This document shows positions 1 through 11,900 of a stretch of DNA of 64,000 nt, in pieces (the stretch's first letter is position 1; each line of letters begins with the position of its first letter). Below the pieces are notes generated by a model. That model saw only the letters and a list, made by a program, of their open reading frames with translations, ran no database searches and was not told the DNA's origin. Made by a program: the position numbers and the translations under genes. The stretch covers positions 7,490,184 through 7,554,183 of the forward strand of contig OZ316895.1 in assembly GCA_973895155.1 (NCBI GenBank), given 5' to 3'. The DNA is from Marsupella aquatica. Its lineage: Eukaryota; Plantae; Marchantiophyta.

Positions 1-240
1 ACTCCTTAAAATCCTGTTGCCGGACTGGAATTCAACCATTCTGATTCCCCATAGGGTCCGACTCCCTCCCTGGCCATCTTTTTTATGCTCCATAGCACTT
101 CCTTTTCTGTGTTGAACCTGTCCCGCTCTCCACAGTCCAGACACTCCTTGAAATCCTGTTGCCAGACCGGAATTCAACCCTTCTGATTCCCCCTAGAGTC
201 TGACTGCCTGGCCATCTTATTCATGCTCCATAGCACTTCC
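1..240. repeat. Degenerate direct repeat, two ~100-bp copies ~142 bp apart
   Basis: 1-102 (actccttaaaatcctgttgcc...ctccatagcacttcc) matches 143-240 (actccttgaaatcctgttgcc...ctccatagcacttcc) with scattered mismatches. Confidence 0.8.
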
Positions 241-1996
241 GCTCAACTCACTTACTATCGGCAATCTGTCCACCACACAAACATTGGGCTATGTAATCAT
301 GAATTGACTGAGAATACTTGTTACTGTTAAAACCCCAGGGGCATGAAACCATGCGGTACTTTTGTCTCCCTTTAACTTGGAGCGGTTTGGCTTGATTTCT
401 CTGCACTACAACGAATGGGACCAGACTTTATTCAGAGAAATTGTGGATGCTTCAGCTGGCTAAACCCAACATTCCTCTCGTCAATTGAAGTGCCTAATGC
501 ACTTTATTGTACGTTCTCGGTTTTGAAATCTAATTCTGCTGCTACTGGCCGAGACACAGAATATTGGGCCCCATCCACGTCACACTTCAAATTCAAGTTC
601 TGTTTCTCAATTCCGCTCTTTGGAAAGTGGCTGGCATCACCATGTGGTTACAGCGTCTACGCTCTGGACAGAGTAACATATAATCAAACAGAAGAAAATT
701 AACGGAATTCAAGCTCTCGATTTTAACAGTGTCCACAAGCACTGTAAGCAGAAGCAGAAGCAGAAGCAGAAATCTGATGCCAGTCACCTCTGAAAAGATA
801 TAGCATATGCCCAGATTACAAAGAAAATCCCATATCAAAAACAGTCAAACGTCTCGGTTAATCCTTCAATCATCAACCAAAATGTCCAAGTAGAGATACT
901 GGTTCTTGCGGTTCTTGTCCATGTGGACAATGGTCTTTTATCACAATTCGATTTCATAATTCTACAGTTTACATCAAAAGTCCTTGGTGATGGGGAATAG
1001 TAAAATGTTCAATCGCAGAGCAGAGGGAAGACGAAGACATCAACCTCCGTAGTGATAATCAGTACTGATCCCATCTATTTTTCACACCCCATCAATTATG
1101 AACATCCCATAATGCTGATCTGCGCCTTCCTAATATTATTCACTAGTGCAAATTTGAGTCATCGTTGCCTCAATTCTCCTTCCTCCAAGACACTCTATTG
1201 CCAGTGTGCTATGGTGGACTCTCAATTCAGCTAGACAACCATAGCCTTCTAAGAGTAACAACAGCCAGCCCACTCCGTTTATATCACAACGCTGCTGCCC
1301 TACAATCGGAACTACTTGACGTCCAAAGCAGGTCACGATCCCAAAGTACACTGAAAAGATGATGACTCCACCTACTCTTTTTTCTCGCTGTAGGCTTTTA
1401 GACTGATAGACACTTCAACTTTCCCAAGGATGATCCAGGGTATTGTTCGGGAAAGCTCCTTCCTGCAGACCTTCAGAGAAACAACTGCAGGCTAAATTCC
1501 TATGCTTCAACCCAGTAGTAATCAAATTAATCGACTCAAGTGTGTACATGTGACATCTTTCGGCTAATTCTGATTTCTTTCAGAGGTACAGCACCTCTAC
1601 AGCTGTTCTCAGGCTGCTTGGTTTCCCAGAGTTCCCCTTCATCGCCTCGATTTGGCCTCCCACCTCGATCTATCCTACCCTTTCCCCTTTGCTTCCCTGT
1701 GACCTGGGGCGGACTTCGGACACGAATTTGGATGAACCACGATGGTGGGAACGCTGGAGATCCTGCTGGATTGGTTGCTTCGTTTGTTTCGTGCCCCATT
1801 AATAGCCAATTTCTTTCTTGATCCGCAGTTCTACTGCCCCTGACGACCAGAATCAGAAGCCAGGACCCTTCTCATACCTTCTTTACATCCTTCACTGGGT
1901 AAACCGCTAAAGTAATGATCTTTCAAGAAATCTGTCGATTAAAGGCATCCACTAATATATTACAAATCATTCCTACCATTACATACAACGTAAGAT

Positions 1997-4331
1997 TTAT
2001 AAGTCGACCTCCTTGGCGGATTCCTCTACTGCATCGGACTTGGAGAGTTTAGCATCCCACTCTGCAAATTCATTCTTTAGTGCTTCTTCCTGCATTCTCT
2101 TCCATTCGTCTGTCTTCGTCTGATCATCTTCTTGAATTGCGCTGTCCATCGGCCGCGAATCCTGGGGGAATAACACCAGACCATGACGATTGTGTCCCTC
2201 ATGAGCTCTCTGTCCCTCATGAGCTCTCTCGGATACACTATAGCTTTGAACAACGTAGACAACAGATTCATTCTGCAACGCCATTTTAAAAAATGCAAGA
2301 TAAGCGTAAAAAGATGCTACTTACGGATTTCTCAGCAAGCTCTTTTAACCCGCTTACGAGTCCTTCAGCTCCAATCCTAAAGTCCTTCATTCGTGTATTC
2401 TCGGAAAAAAATTTGGACATGTCCCCTAGTGGCGGTTGCGCTCCTTCAGCATTGAATGATATATCTAGCTGGGACATGCACCACAAGAGTCTAGCTCAGT
2501 TCAACTCTCCAGCAGCTTGTCAGCGACAAAGTGGTTTACCTTGACCAAGCAATGAGATTACACATAGAAGACGCTAATTGATCGACTTTACTCGATGATA
2601 AATTTTCACAAATGGTTTGAGAGCTCAAGCCAGCACGGCCGACCCAAGGTTAAGTAAGCCTGTTTGGACTTGAGTCAAGATAATCTGAAGAACGCAACAC
2701 ACCTGTACATGCACAATGCAGGCCAATATACTTGCAATAGGTAGCCAACTATCTTCAGGAGAGATTGATAAGCCAGTCCTGCAAGAACCGTCACTTAACC
2801 GTAAACACAGATAACTATACAATGAATGATTAGAAAAGAGGTGCATCACGTTTCTTGCACTTTCAAAACAGATATAACGACGATATGAAATCGAAGAACT
2901 TTATGGCATCACAGACCGCTAGTGAGGACCATTGAAATGAAGCAAGGACAATGATCCAAACGCCCATAAATGCTGTCCTCACTGCAGCGAATTTCTAGAC
3001 TAAGAATGGGCTGAAGAAATCCTTCCCTACCCTAATCTTAGCACGTTCACGCCCCATGTAACGGAAAAAGCAAAGAACATACGTACTTCAGATATGGCGC
3101 AAGATATACGGCAGAATACGCTAGATATCTTGGCTGTCGAGTGTCTAGCCAGGCAAACACCCACGCCTAGACAACACAGTAATACATCATAGACGAGACA
3201 AGTTAGAAAGTACTGTCGAATGTGACACGAAGGAGGATGGTGGCAGTACAAACATCGATTCTCTAGGTGATTGCTGTCATAGAACATCTATATCCATGGA
3301 CTTTTTCGCATTACAGTTCCATGCTTTTAATTTATAAACAATATGAACCAAATTTTGCCATTAATGTTTACTTAGTTTTTTATTTCCATAGAAAACAACT
3401 GTTCATACCGAGAGCAGAATATTCAGATCATTACCAGCCAGTTGAACAGGGGAATGAAACTTATTATCTGCTCAGCTCCAGATCGTACATCATCCGGTCC
3501 GAACAAGGAGCTTCCCTCGTTATCTTTCTCCGCCGGAACAACTGGGAGAATTAAAGTCGAAAGAATTGATGCACCAATGGCCAAGGCAAAAGGCGCATCA
3601 TCAGGAAGCGCTGTCCTACGGGTTTCTTTCTTCCATCTGCGCTTGATGGCGTCCTGTGAAAGAATGGACAACGTAAGCCCGTGCGTAAAGTGTACATAGG
3701 CATGTTCATATTTTCCCCGCAGCTATTCTGAGGTATTCACATCTGGAGATAACTGGCTTGACCATGGCTTGGAGTTTCACGGAGTTAGTTGGAAGTCTGC
3801 TTAGGTTGCTGAATTTTCCGAAGGCTGCAAAGGTGCCATACCTCAATTCCCGGGGTGGTTAGGAGTCTAAAGGAAGATAAGTTCCGTCCTGTCTTCCGTC
3901 CGTCTGTCTGTCCACAAGGGGCAGCAAGATTAGGTGGGACTGCATACCATATGTGATAACATGTACACCAAACTACAGCAAAGTAGTCAAATGACACAGA
4001 TCCCAGACAGGTAGCAAGAAAGATATCTTTCTCTTGGAGAAATCATTAGACACCAACAGACGACAACGCCATACATTCTAGATCCAGCATTATTGTCACG
4101 CGAACCACAGAAAAGCTTCTCTTGAATGACCACTTCTACCACAGTAGCAACGAGCACCGGAAACCCACCTGAACTGGGAAAAATGGGGGAACGGCATCGG
4201 ACAGTCCTCGAATCCGTCAAACAGCACTGGCTATGGTCCCCAATAGAGATCCACACCTGGGTTCCAGCAGTGCGCCGCACAGCGACGGATCGGAGAGCAG
4301 TTTCGACAATCGTAGCTGAAATCGTGGCCAT
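1997..4331 (-). CDS. Spliced gene for a conserved plant multi-pass membrane protein of unknown function, probably plastid-targeted
   Basis: GT-AG exons in consistent phase: 3653-3435 (DAIKRRWKKE...IISFIPLFNWL), 3166-3087 (AWVFAWLDTRQPRYLAYSAVYLAPYL), 2778-2703 (TGLSISPEDSWLPIASILACIVHVQ), 2468-2325, 2161-1997 (stop). The FNWLxWVFAWLDT..RY..Y..VYLAPYL..LSxSPEESWLPIASI block is recognised from an uncharacterised plant family. The 5' exons (ATG at 4331, MATISATIV...) are not resolved. Confidence 0.8.
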
Positions 4332-4490
4332 TCCAACAACAATCAGCTCCAACGAAACGAAGACAGAGTTTGCTCTGCTCCGCTCTTCTTGGTAGAATTG
4401 CAAATCCTCGTCTCTTCGCTGATTCTGATTCTCTTGCTACACTACTACTGTAACACTGAACCTCTTGGCTTTCTCAGTCCGAATGAATCC

Positions 4491-4537
4491 AGCCACGTAA
4501 GCTTGACGTGTTACTGCCGGTCATCGTCTTACACGTG
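4491..4537. promoter_or_regulatory. Cluster of ACGT-core elements (G-box/ABRE-like) between divergent genes
   Basis: gccacgta, tgacgtg and cacgtg occur within ~45 bp, ~160-200 bp upstream of the minus-strand ATG at 4331. Confidence 0.35.
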
Positions 4538-6050
4538 CCGAAACACAGACTAGCCAAGTGTCCCCCGGCCCCTCCAACCGAAAAGTTTTGAGGTTACAGT
4601 AACCATGACCTCCAATCGACGGTGTAGCTGTTCCCCTTTCAGGGTGACTCGCAGCTGTGGCCGTCGATCCTCCCTGTGACTCACCGGGGTTACAGGTTGG
4701 ATAGCTGATGACGAGTCAAGAAATGTGGTGCAGAATCGAAGTGCGAGGCTGAGGAGAGGTCTTTTGGATGTCACCAGGATTTTTTCTTGATATGTGTGCG
4801 ATTGTCGGGCGTCCACCTTTGGCAGACAGTCTCGATTAATGATGAGAAGGTGAGTACGAGAGGATCGCTTTCGCCCTACCTCTGATCGTCGTCATCAAGG
4901 CACTACTACCGAATTCTCTCGAAGTTTGTGAACCTACTGTTACGCCTGCGAAGTTGTGTGATGCGTTTGGGTTGATCGCTCTCGAACGAATTGCCGTGCA
5001 ACGATTTTGCGAGGTGGGATTGAAAGGTATAGAAATCGAGTTGTAATAAGCAGTGCATGCGATGTGATCGGTTATTTAGTCCTGCCGTTTCTTGCCTTGT
5101 GTGGGTTGTTGTTGTTGTTGTTGTTTATCATGGGTCGCGCTTTGAAGTCAGAGGCAGATGAGGGGTTGTTGAGAAACGACCTGTTGTTGTCTGCGGAACC
5201 TGAGTATGCATTTCTGTAAGGGGCATTGCGACGAGTCGCCTGATCAAGTTCTGGTCGCAGTTGGCCGCGGCTTGAGTGAGTCTGGTTGGAAGTAGGCAGT
5301 TAGAAGTTGGTCTCACTTCTCATCGATGAATCCTTTTTATCATTGCATGCCCATGTGTCTGATCATAGCATGTGCTGTTATTTTCGTCTTCACTGTTGTG
5401 TTTGCCTTCACTTGCAGAAAGATCCGTCCTGTGAACCATTTCTCTCGGTTTGTCGTTGTCTGTCGTTAGACTCTCGCTTCTGAAGGGCAGTAGAGGCTCT
5501 TGTTGCAGGGGAGGGGAGAGGTTGTGGCCCGGCAAATTTTTTACGCTCGCTTTTGGGGAAATTACTCTTTTCTGGCTTTTCTGGGTCTTTGGGACAGTGG
5601 AATTCAGACAAGTTTGCCACCCTCTGGGCAGTAGGTGCTGTATTTGATATTTGGCTACTTCTTTTGTCACTCCTCCAGAGCATGTTAAAGAGAGCCGTTG
5701 AAATCAATTTACCATTCGTCGGTTATTAAACTGAAGGATGTTGGTTGCTATCACAGGAGTTTGACGTTCCGGAGGAGCAAATTATACAGGATACAATTAC
5801 ACAGATACAAAGATACAAGCCAGTGGAGGGAAGCTGGAAGTTGGTCAAGGCTACAGCTGGAATTGGTTTCTTGGTAACGAATTGCTCAAATAGAAGTAGT
5901 TATTTAATATTGAAGGTGGCAGAGAAGCAAGGTGCGTCACGAACGATTTTCAAAAGGGTGGGGGTGTCAATCGAAGACCCAGGCTTTCGTTCTCTTCAGG
6001 TTTCTTTTTCGAGGAGTTTTTTCACAGAGCAGACACTCCCTCCTGGGTCC

Positions 6051-7081
6051 ATGGGGAAGTTACACTCTCTGAACAAGCTAAATGGGGTGATACGGAAACA
6101 GAAATTGAGGCTGCGACGGAAACCTAGGAAAACTTCTTTCCTTGGTGACATATGGGATTACCTTACCTCTGACAGTTACATGTATGGGCCCCTGCTTTCC
6201 AACAAAAAATGGCATACTCCGGGTGTTTTGTACCTTTCAGGTACGAACATAATCCTATTTCTCATTTGCCCAAACAAAAATGCATTTGCTGCAATTCATT
6301 GACTTTTGGGTTTGTGTGCCTCATTAGCCACGAAAACATGTGGCTTCGGATTTCTGCATTTGTAAAATCGGGGATCAGTCCCTCACGACGGAGACACCAC
6401 GTGCATTGCAGGAACAGATCGACAGAAGCGATCAAAGTCTAGGTCAAAATCCAGGTCACCCGTGAGGGTCTTAAGGGAGTTTTTTACTTCGCCGGGGGAT
6501 ACTGGGAGGCACACTAATGAGCCCATCCAAAGCATGATTGAGCAACTGGAAGAAGTTAGTGAGACTGGTGGACAGGTGGTGCAAGGCACATATTTGAGCG
6601 TGAGTAAGACCATCACGACTACTACTCTTCTTGAACAAGGTCTTCAACCGATCGTTCCTGTAGGAGTGGATGGCCAGCACTCTGCGACACCCAAGTCTGT
6701 CGACGTTAGAGGAGAGACAGAGCTCACCGACCAGGATGGAGACGCTGACGAAGAGCATTCTTGGGATCAGGGCAGTCACGACAACGAGGATGATTACCAT
6801 GATCATGTACCACTCGACGCAGATATCTCCCGACAGGTACAAAAAACTAACAGATCAGTCGTTTTTTTCTAGTTAATTGAATATTTAATTTTATGATCGG
6901 GGAGACTGTTGCAGCTACTTGGCCTTCGGGACCCTCTCAGAAAGAAATGGTCGTCAAGCGGGAATTAGATGAAAGAAGGGTTTTTACAACCAGTTCGTTC
7001 GCCTTTAAGTCAGAACTTAAGCAAGAAAGGGAGGGAAATAAAGTCAAGGAACTGACGTTCAGCAGAAGTCAGTTCGGATAA
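6051..7081 (+). CDS. Putative spliced gene for an uncharacterised plant protein (basic N-terminus, YLxSDSYMYxPL motif, acidic middle)
   Basis: ATG 6051 gives MGKLHSLNKLNGVIRKQKLRLRRKPRKTSFLGDIWDYLTSDSYMYGPLL. The donor at 6240/6241 joins in phase to exon 6411-6836. The junction to the ~6915-7081 segment could not be phased, so the 3' end is uncertain. Confidence 0.45.
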
Positions 7082-7265
7082 TTAATGGATTGGAAAAAAA
7101 ATGACAGAGGAACATCACGAAAAACGGTCCTTACGTCTTGGTTGGCACATTATCCAAAAGCTAAAATTTACGCTTCAGAGTGTGCACAAGCATATGAGTT
7201 TGAAGGGACAAACTTAATGCAATAGGAGACTGGCTGACAGTCCTAACTGTGATCACAAATCACAG

Positions 7266-8951
7266 GTGGCAAATCAGTTGATAGGAAGCATGGGAGGCCG
7301 TTTTTCGGATGATCTTGGCATCAATGTCGACGTCAGCGATAACGCAGTGGAACGCTGGTTCTTGGCTGCAAACTTCTACTGCCGTTCTGTCTCATTTGAT
7401 GTCGCCAGAAAGACCTATAAGGTACTTTGACTTCACCTTTAATCCTTGGCCGAACAGAGCTTTAATCGAGTTCTTCAGTGCAGCTAAGACATCTCTTGTT
7501 CCATGAAGCTTATATATGCCCCTTATACATTATTGTTGGTGAGGATGATCAAACAAAGTGAGGGACAGAATAATACTTGGTAGCAGTGGCGGAAAGGTTG
7601 AGTTTGAAAGGTCATGAAAGTTGAGTTCTTTGTCATAGAGCCTCAGTATTGTACGATTCCATTGTGAGTACTGTTGTGGGGTCTTGTTTGCTTTCTGACG
7701 TATTTAGACAAACTTGATCGAAGCAGGAACTCTCTGAGGCAGGTGTATCTAAGACGTCCGACCTCCTGACTATAGAAGAGAGCAGACTTGCTGATATTTT
7801 GGAGCGGACCGGATATACCAAGTATGGGAAAAGGTAAAAAGTGGCTATTGAAACTCAGCTTCAAACGAATGTTATCTTTGTTGTCATTTCATCTGTACGG
7901 CACGAAGACCACGTGTTTACTGCAGCACTCTTTTTCTTCGGTTGTCTTGATTGGACTAACCTAGTACACACAGGAAGTGTGTTCCAAAACCTATTTAAGC
8001 GAAGACTGGTTTTGTCAATTGAAAAGCTTGCCATTGTTCCCTGACTAAAATATGTTACTCACCTGTGGACTTAACTATGTCACAGGGTGGCATCGCAGTT
8101 GAAGAAGCTGGCAATCCACTTAGAAGAGAACAACTGGGGTCGTGTCTCAACGTTCAAACACACAACTGACAGCCAAGAGCTTATCCGTCAACTTCGCACT
8201 ATACCCGGAGTAAAGCTACATGCAGCTCGAGTATTCCTTAGGTGTGTGTTACTAATGTGTTACTCGCGCATTTCATTGATGGCTTAACGTGCTTAAAATG
8301 TAGCATTGTTTTGGTATTGAAGAACTTTGTTTCTGTCATCTCAAAGCAACTGGACTGGGTTTTCCGCTTACCTTCGATCTGCGCTAAATGTGCCCAGGGA
8401 ACTCCGAGGGGTGTGGACGGGCGTACCAATAGGATTCGACACGAGGACAAAACGTGCTGCCCTGCATTTGAAATTAATTGGTTCCATTAAAGCTTCGTCT
8501 AATCCGGAATTTGTGCTTTCTGAGTTCTCTCAGTCTGCAGGTAATCGAAGGATGCCAAACGTGCCTGCAATAAAAACAATAGAGGATATTTTGACCAATC
8601 TAAGCATGATCTGAATCGATGATTCTTGCTGGCTCTTTGATCTCGATCTGGTCACCTTCGCTAAGCGCACAGAGTCTCCAGTATGGGCTTCAAAAGCGTA
8701 GAGGGAATACCAGACAGTGCTGAATTGACTAGGTAGATTGCAAGTTCATATTCTATAATTGTGCCAAGAAGCTGACTGTATGATGTTTTAACTGTGAAGG
8801 TATCGATGTGAGAGATCTTGAGGTCGCTTTGTTCAAGCTTGGTTCGGAGCATGAAACCAAGTATGGCGAGTGCCCGGGTGGAGCGAGTTGCACAGCCCTA
8901 CTCCCGACCGAGAAACTCGTGGACTTATTGCCTTCAGACATACTGTTATAG
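7266..8951 (+). CDS. Intron-containing gene or domain encoding a bacterial-type helix-hairpin-helix (EndoIII/HhH-GPD-superfamily-like) protein
   Basis: Five GT-AG exons with fully consistent phases: 7266-7421, 7727-7833, 8086-8241, 8398-8540, 8800-8951. The spliced product reads VANQLIGSMGGRFSDDLGINVDVSDNAVERWFLAANFYCRSVSFDVARKTYKELSEAGV...LADILERTGYTKYGKRVASQLKKLA...LRTIPGVKLHAARVFLRELRGVW...GIDVRDLEVALFKLGSEH...CPGGASC. The start codon is uncertain (possibly 7085). Confidence 0.7.
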
Positions 8952-11900
8952 TATAAGGAGCATTCATTTTGTTGTCCAATTTTCGAATACCACATGATTT
9001 AAGAGCCAGCGGCACAAGATGGGACACAGTTAGCCTGCACATGAGATCCAGCATGCAATATAGTTGTACAACTCTCGAACATCACATAAATCAATGGCCA
9101 CCAACACAAACTGGGGTACAGTTGGGCTTCATATGACACTAGACGTTCCACCTTATCACTGCAAGTTGTGGAGATGACAGAAATATTTCACTCTTCTGCG
9201 GCTGGCTGTGCGGATTTTTGAAGTCAAATATTGAGGACCCTGAAGGTTGATCTACTAGTGGTTGCAGGAATCAACAGTTGATGTTGCTCCAACATCAAAG
9301 ACGAGAAGCAATGTGAATTCTGTGCATACAAGTTGCTTCAGCACCGGTTACAAAAAAGAAAAGACGTGATGTACTGTAGCTTTTTTGAAGTTATGTAAAT
9401 TTCGTGGTTTGGTTTGAAACTGCCCAAAGCTCTTACCCTTACCTGAGGGAGATGGGCTATAGTGTAGGCTAGGAAAAGATAACAATGTAGATAGGCAAAG
9501 TGCAGAGCATAATTATCCAGGGCGAGCGCAAGGGCAGTAAGTTCTCGAACAGTGAAGCAAAAGCCAGCAGAATGTACGAAAGATGAATTTTGTAGGAAGT
9601 GAAAATTTATGTCTACATATTCCTCGGTTTTGATATAAGTATGGATATGTAATTGACATGAGAAGCACTCTTTCGCAATGGTCTTGAAGAAGTAAGGACG
9701 TGTGAGAAATAGCAGTCTCGTCTCCATTCCTTGCTGTCCATTAACGCAACCACCTTGCAAAATTTAACTTGAGATTTGTTGGTGTAACCTCAAGTTCCTT
9801 CTGAACCCCATGTTCACTACAAGCTTTGATTTCACAAAACACCGTCGGAAACTTCTTTCAAGAACAAACATTCACTACTCAATGAACAGGCCACTTTTCA
9901 AATCAAACCGAAACGTTCACTCTTCCATTGCAAATTGTCCGACACTGGATTTCGAAATTAGCCGATGCACGACGTTATGAGTCGACGTCTCTGATCTAAA
10001 TGTCGCCGCTACTAGCTTTATGAAAAAAAATGTCTTCCTCTATCCATTCTAATATGGTTGGCCGACAATTCAAGGAAGAGAAGTCGGAACTTCAGACATA
10101 CCCGGTTGTAAGCGAGAGTCTCGTCTGCTAGATTAGATCATGTCCTGAATCATGAAAGTGAAAACTGCATGCCTACAAGGCCGAGTGTCTCAATCCACTA
10201 TCTCATTGAATAACACTGATCACAGCATGAGAGGACCAACACTCATGTGTGACTGTTTTGATCAAAATGGATATTTTGCGCATATCTCTGTCGCTTGAAT
10301 TGGGATTTGATCTTGATGAACTGATTTCAATGCAATGGAGGGTGGAAGTTCTGTACAATGTTACATTCATGTACCTGCAAATTTTCGGATCAGCTCTCCG
10401 TGTAACCATGTTCACAGCGAGACCAAGATCAGAAGGCTTATGTGTACATTCCCTTGAATACTGATGAGTGCATAGGCCCATCCTTCATATGCGGAGTGTG
10501 CGGAGTGTCGCAACCCCATATCAGTCACCGGTATCAGGTATGAGTCGCTCCCATCAGTCAGGGGATTTCATTATCTGTAAAGCGTGCAGCTATAGTAACA
10601 CTCCATACAAACGATTGAAATAAAATATTTTGATTTATCATGATATGGTGATATGGAGTGGCATAGTACATCATGTATTGTCACATTTTGATGTGTAATT
10701 ACCAAAACATCCGAATATTACGTGGGGTACTCCTTTCTGGATTGTTTGGCTTACATTGTGATTAGAGTACTTTGTAACGGACCTTAAGCTTTTAGTAAGA
10801 CCAGCCTGTTCCTATCCGACTCCTGGTACGCCAAGCCATTGTATTGCATGATTAAACTGGAGAAGTGCATGAACTATTACTCTGTGCAATTGTCAGCTTC
10901 ACTTATCAATAAATGTCAATTGTAGTGTATATTGTACATTGTGGATAAATGCCTGTATACACATGCATAGTTTGCTCTAGCTATATATTGGTCATGTAGT
11001 GATGGGTCACCATGCACTTTTTGGTGCAGTTACATATAAGGGAGATGCTGGAAATTTTTGGGAAGAGGTGATTGTCTTGCACATATCCACATTAGGCAGT
11101 TATACACTGCGGACTCTAGTATAAGGGCTTGCGCTTTTTAAATTTTGCACGTTGATCATGCTGGATAAGTGTTAAATTCTTGCCCTTCTTTCAGATTCAT
11201 TCGTGGATTGTCATCTAGGCCCACTACGCCATCGTGGGATAACTAGAAAAGGATTTTGCAACATAGTCTTTCAGAGGGGGTGGATCCACCAAATGGCCGG
11301 GGCACCGCACCAAACACCAAGGATCCTGGGGACACACAATAGGGGGACCACACCCACAAAAGCGCAAGGGCCCATGGAACCAAATGAGTCCAATATGGCA
11401 ACCAGCAAAGACACTACAAAACCTCCACACCAGCCACCTGGCACGGGCTAGAGAGTCAAACACAAAAGGCAGCCAGTGGGCTCCAACTGGAGGAAAAGGG
11501 AAGTGAAGTCCACTCACAAACACCAGATTGATACACATATCCAAGGAAAAACTTAATTATATAAGGGACCTCATGCAAAATTCCTGAGCAATGTTGTTCA
11601 CAGCTACAGATTATTCAATGATCTGTTCATGAAATTACTAACATCCTTTCTACTCTACATTTGTTCATGATTTTATCATCATGAGATGGACTCCTCTTTT
11701 AATACCCCTAATGAAATCATTTTCATTCAAGCACCAGGTTACTTGATCTCATACTAAGAATTGGCACGGAACCCGGACCTAAGCAATTCATGCTCACGTG
11801 TCTACAGTAGGAAACTTAAGCCTTTGAGGTTTTGTCTTTGACAGTACATTTTGCTTTCCCAACAAAGGTTTTTACATGATTCGACGCATGTTATGTTTTG

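Noticed and set aside
415-1821. Short ORFs at the left edge
   Set aside because: No recognisable domain or consistent exon chain; probably UTR, intron or intergenic sequence.
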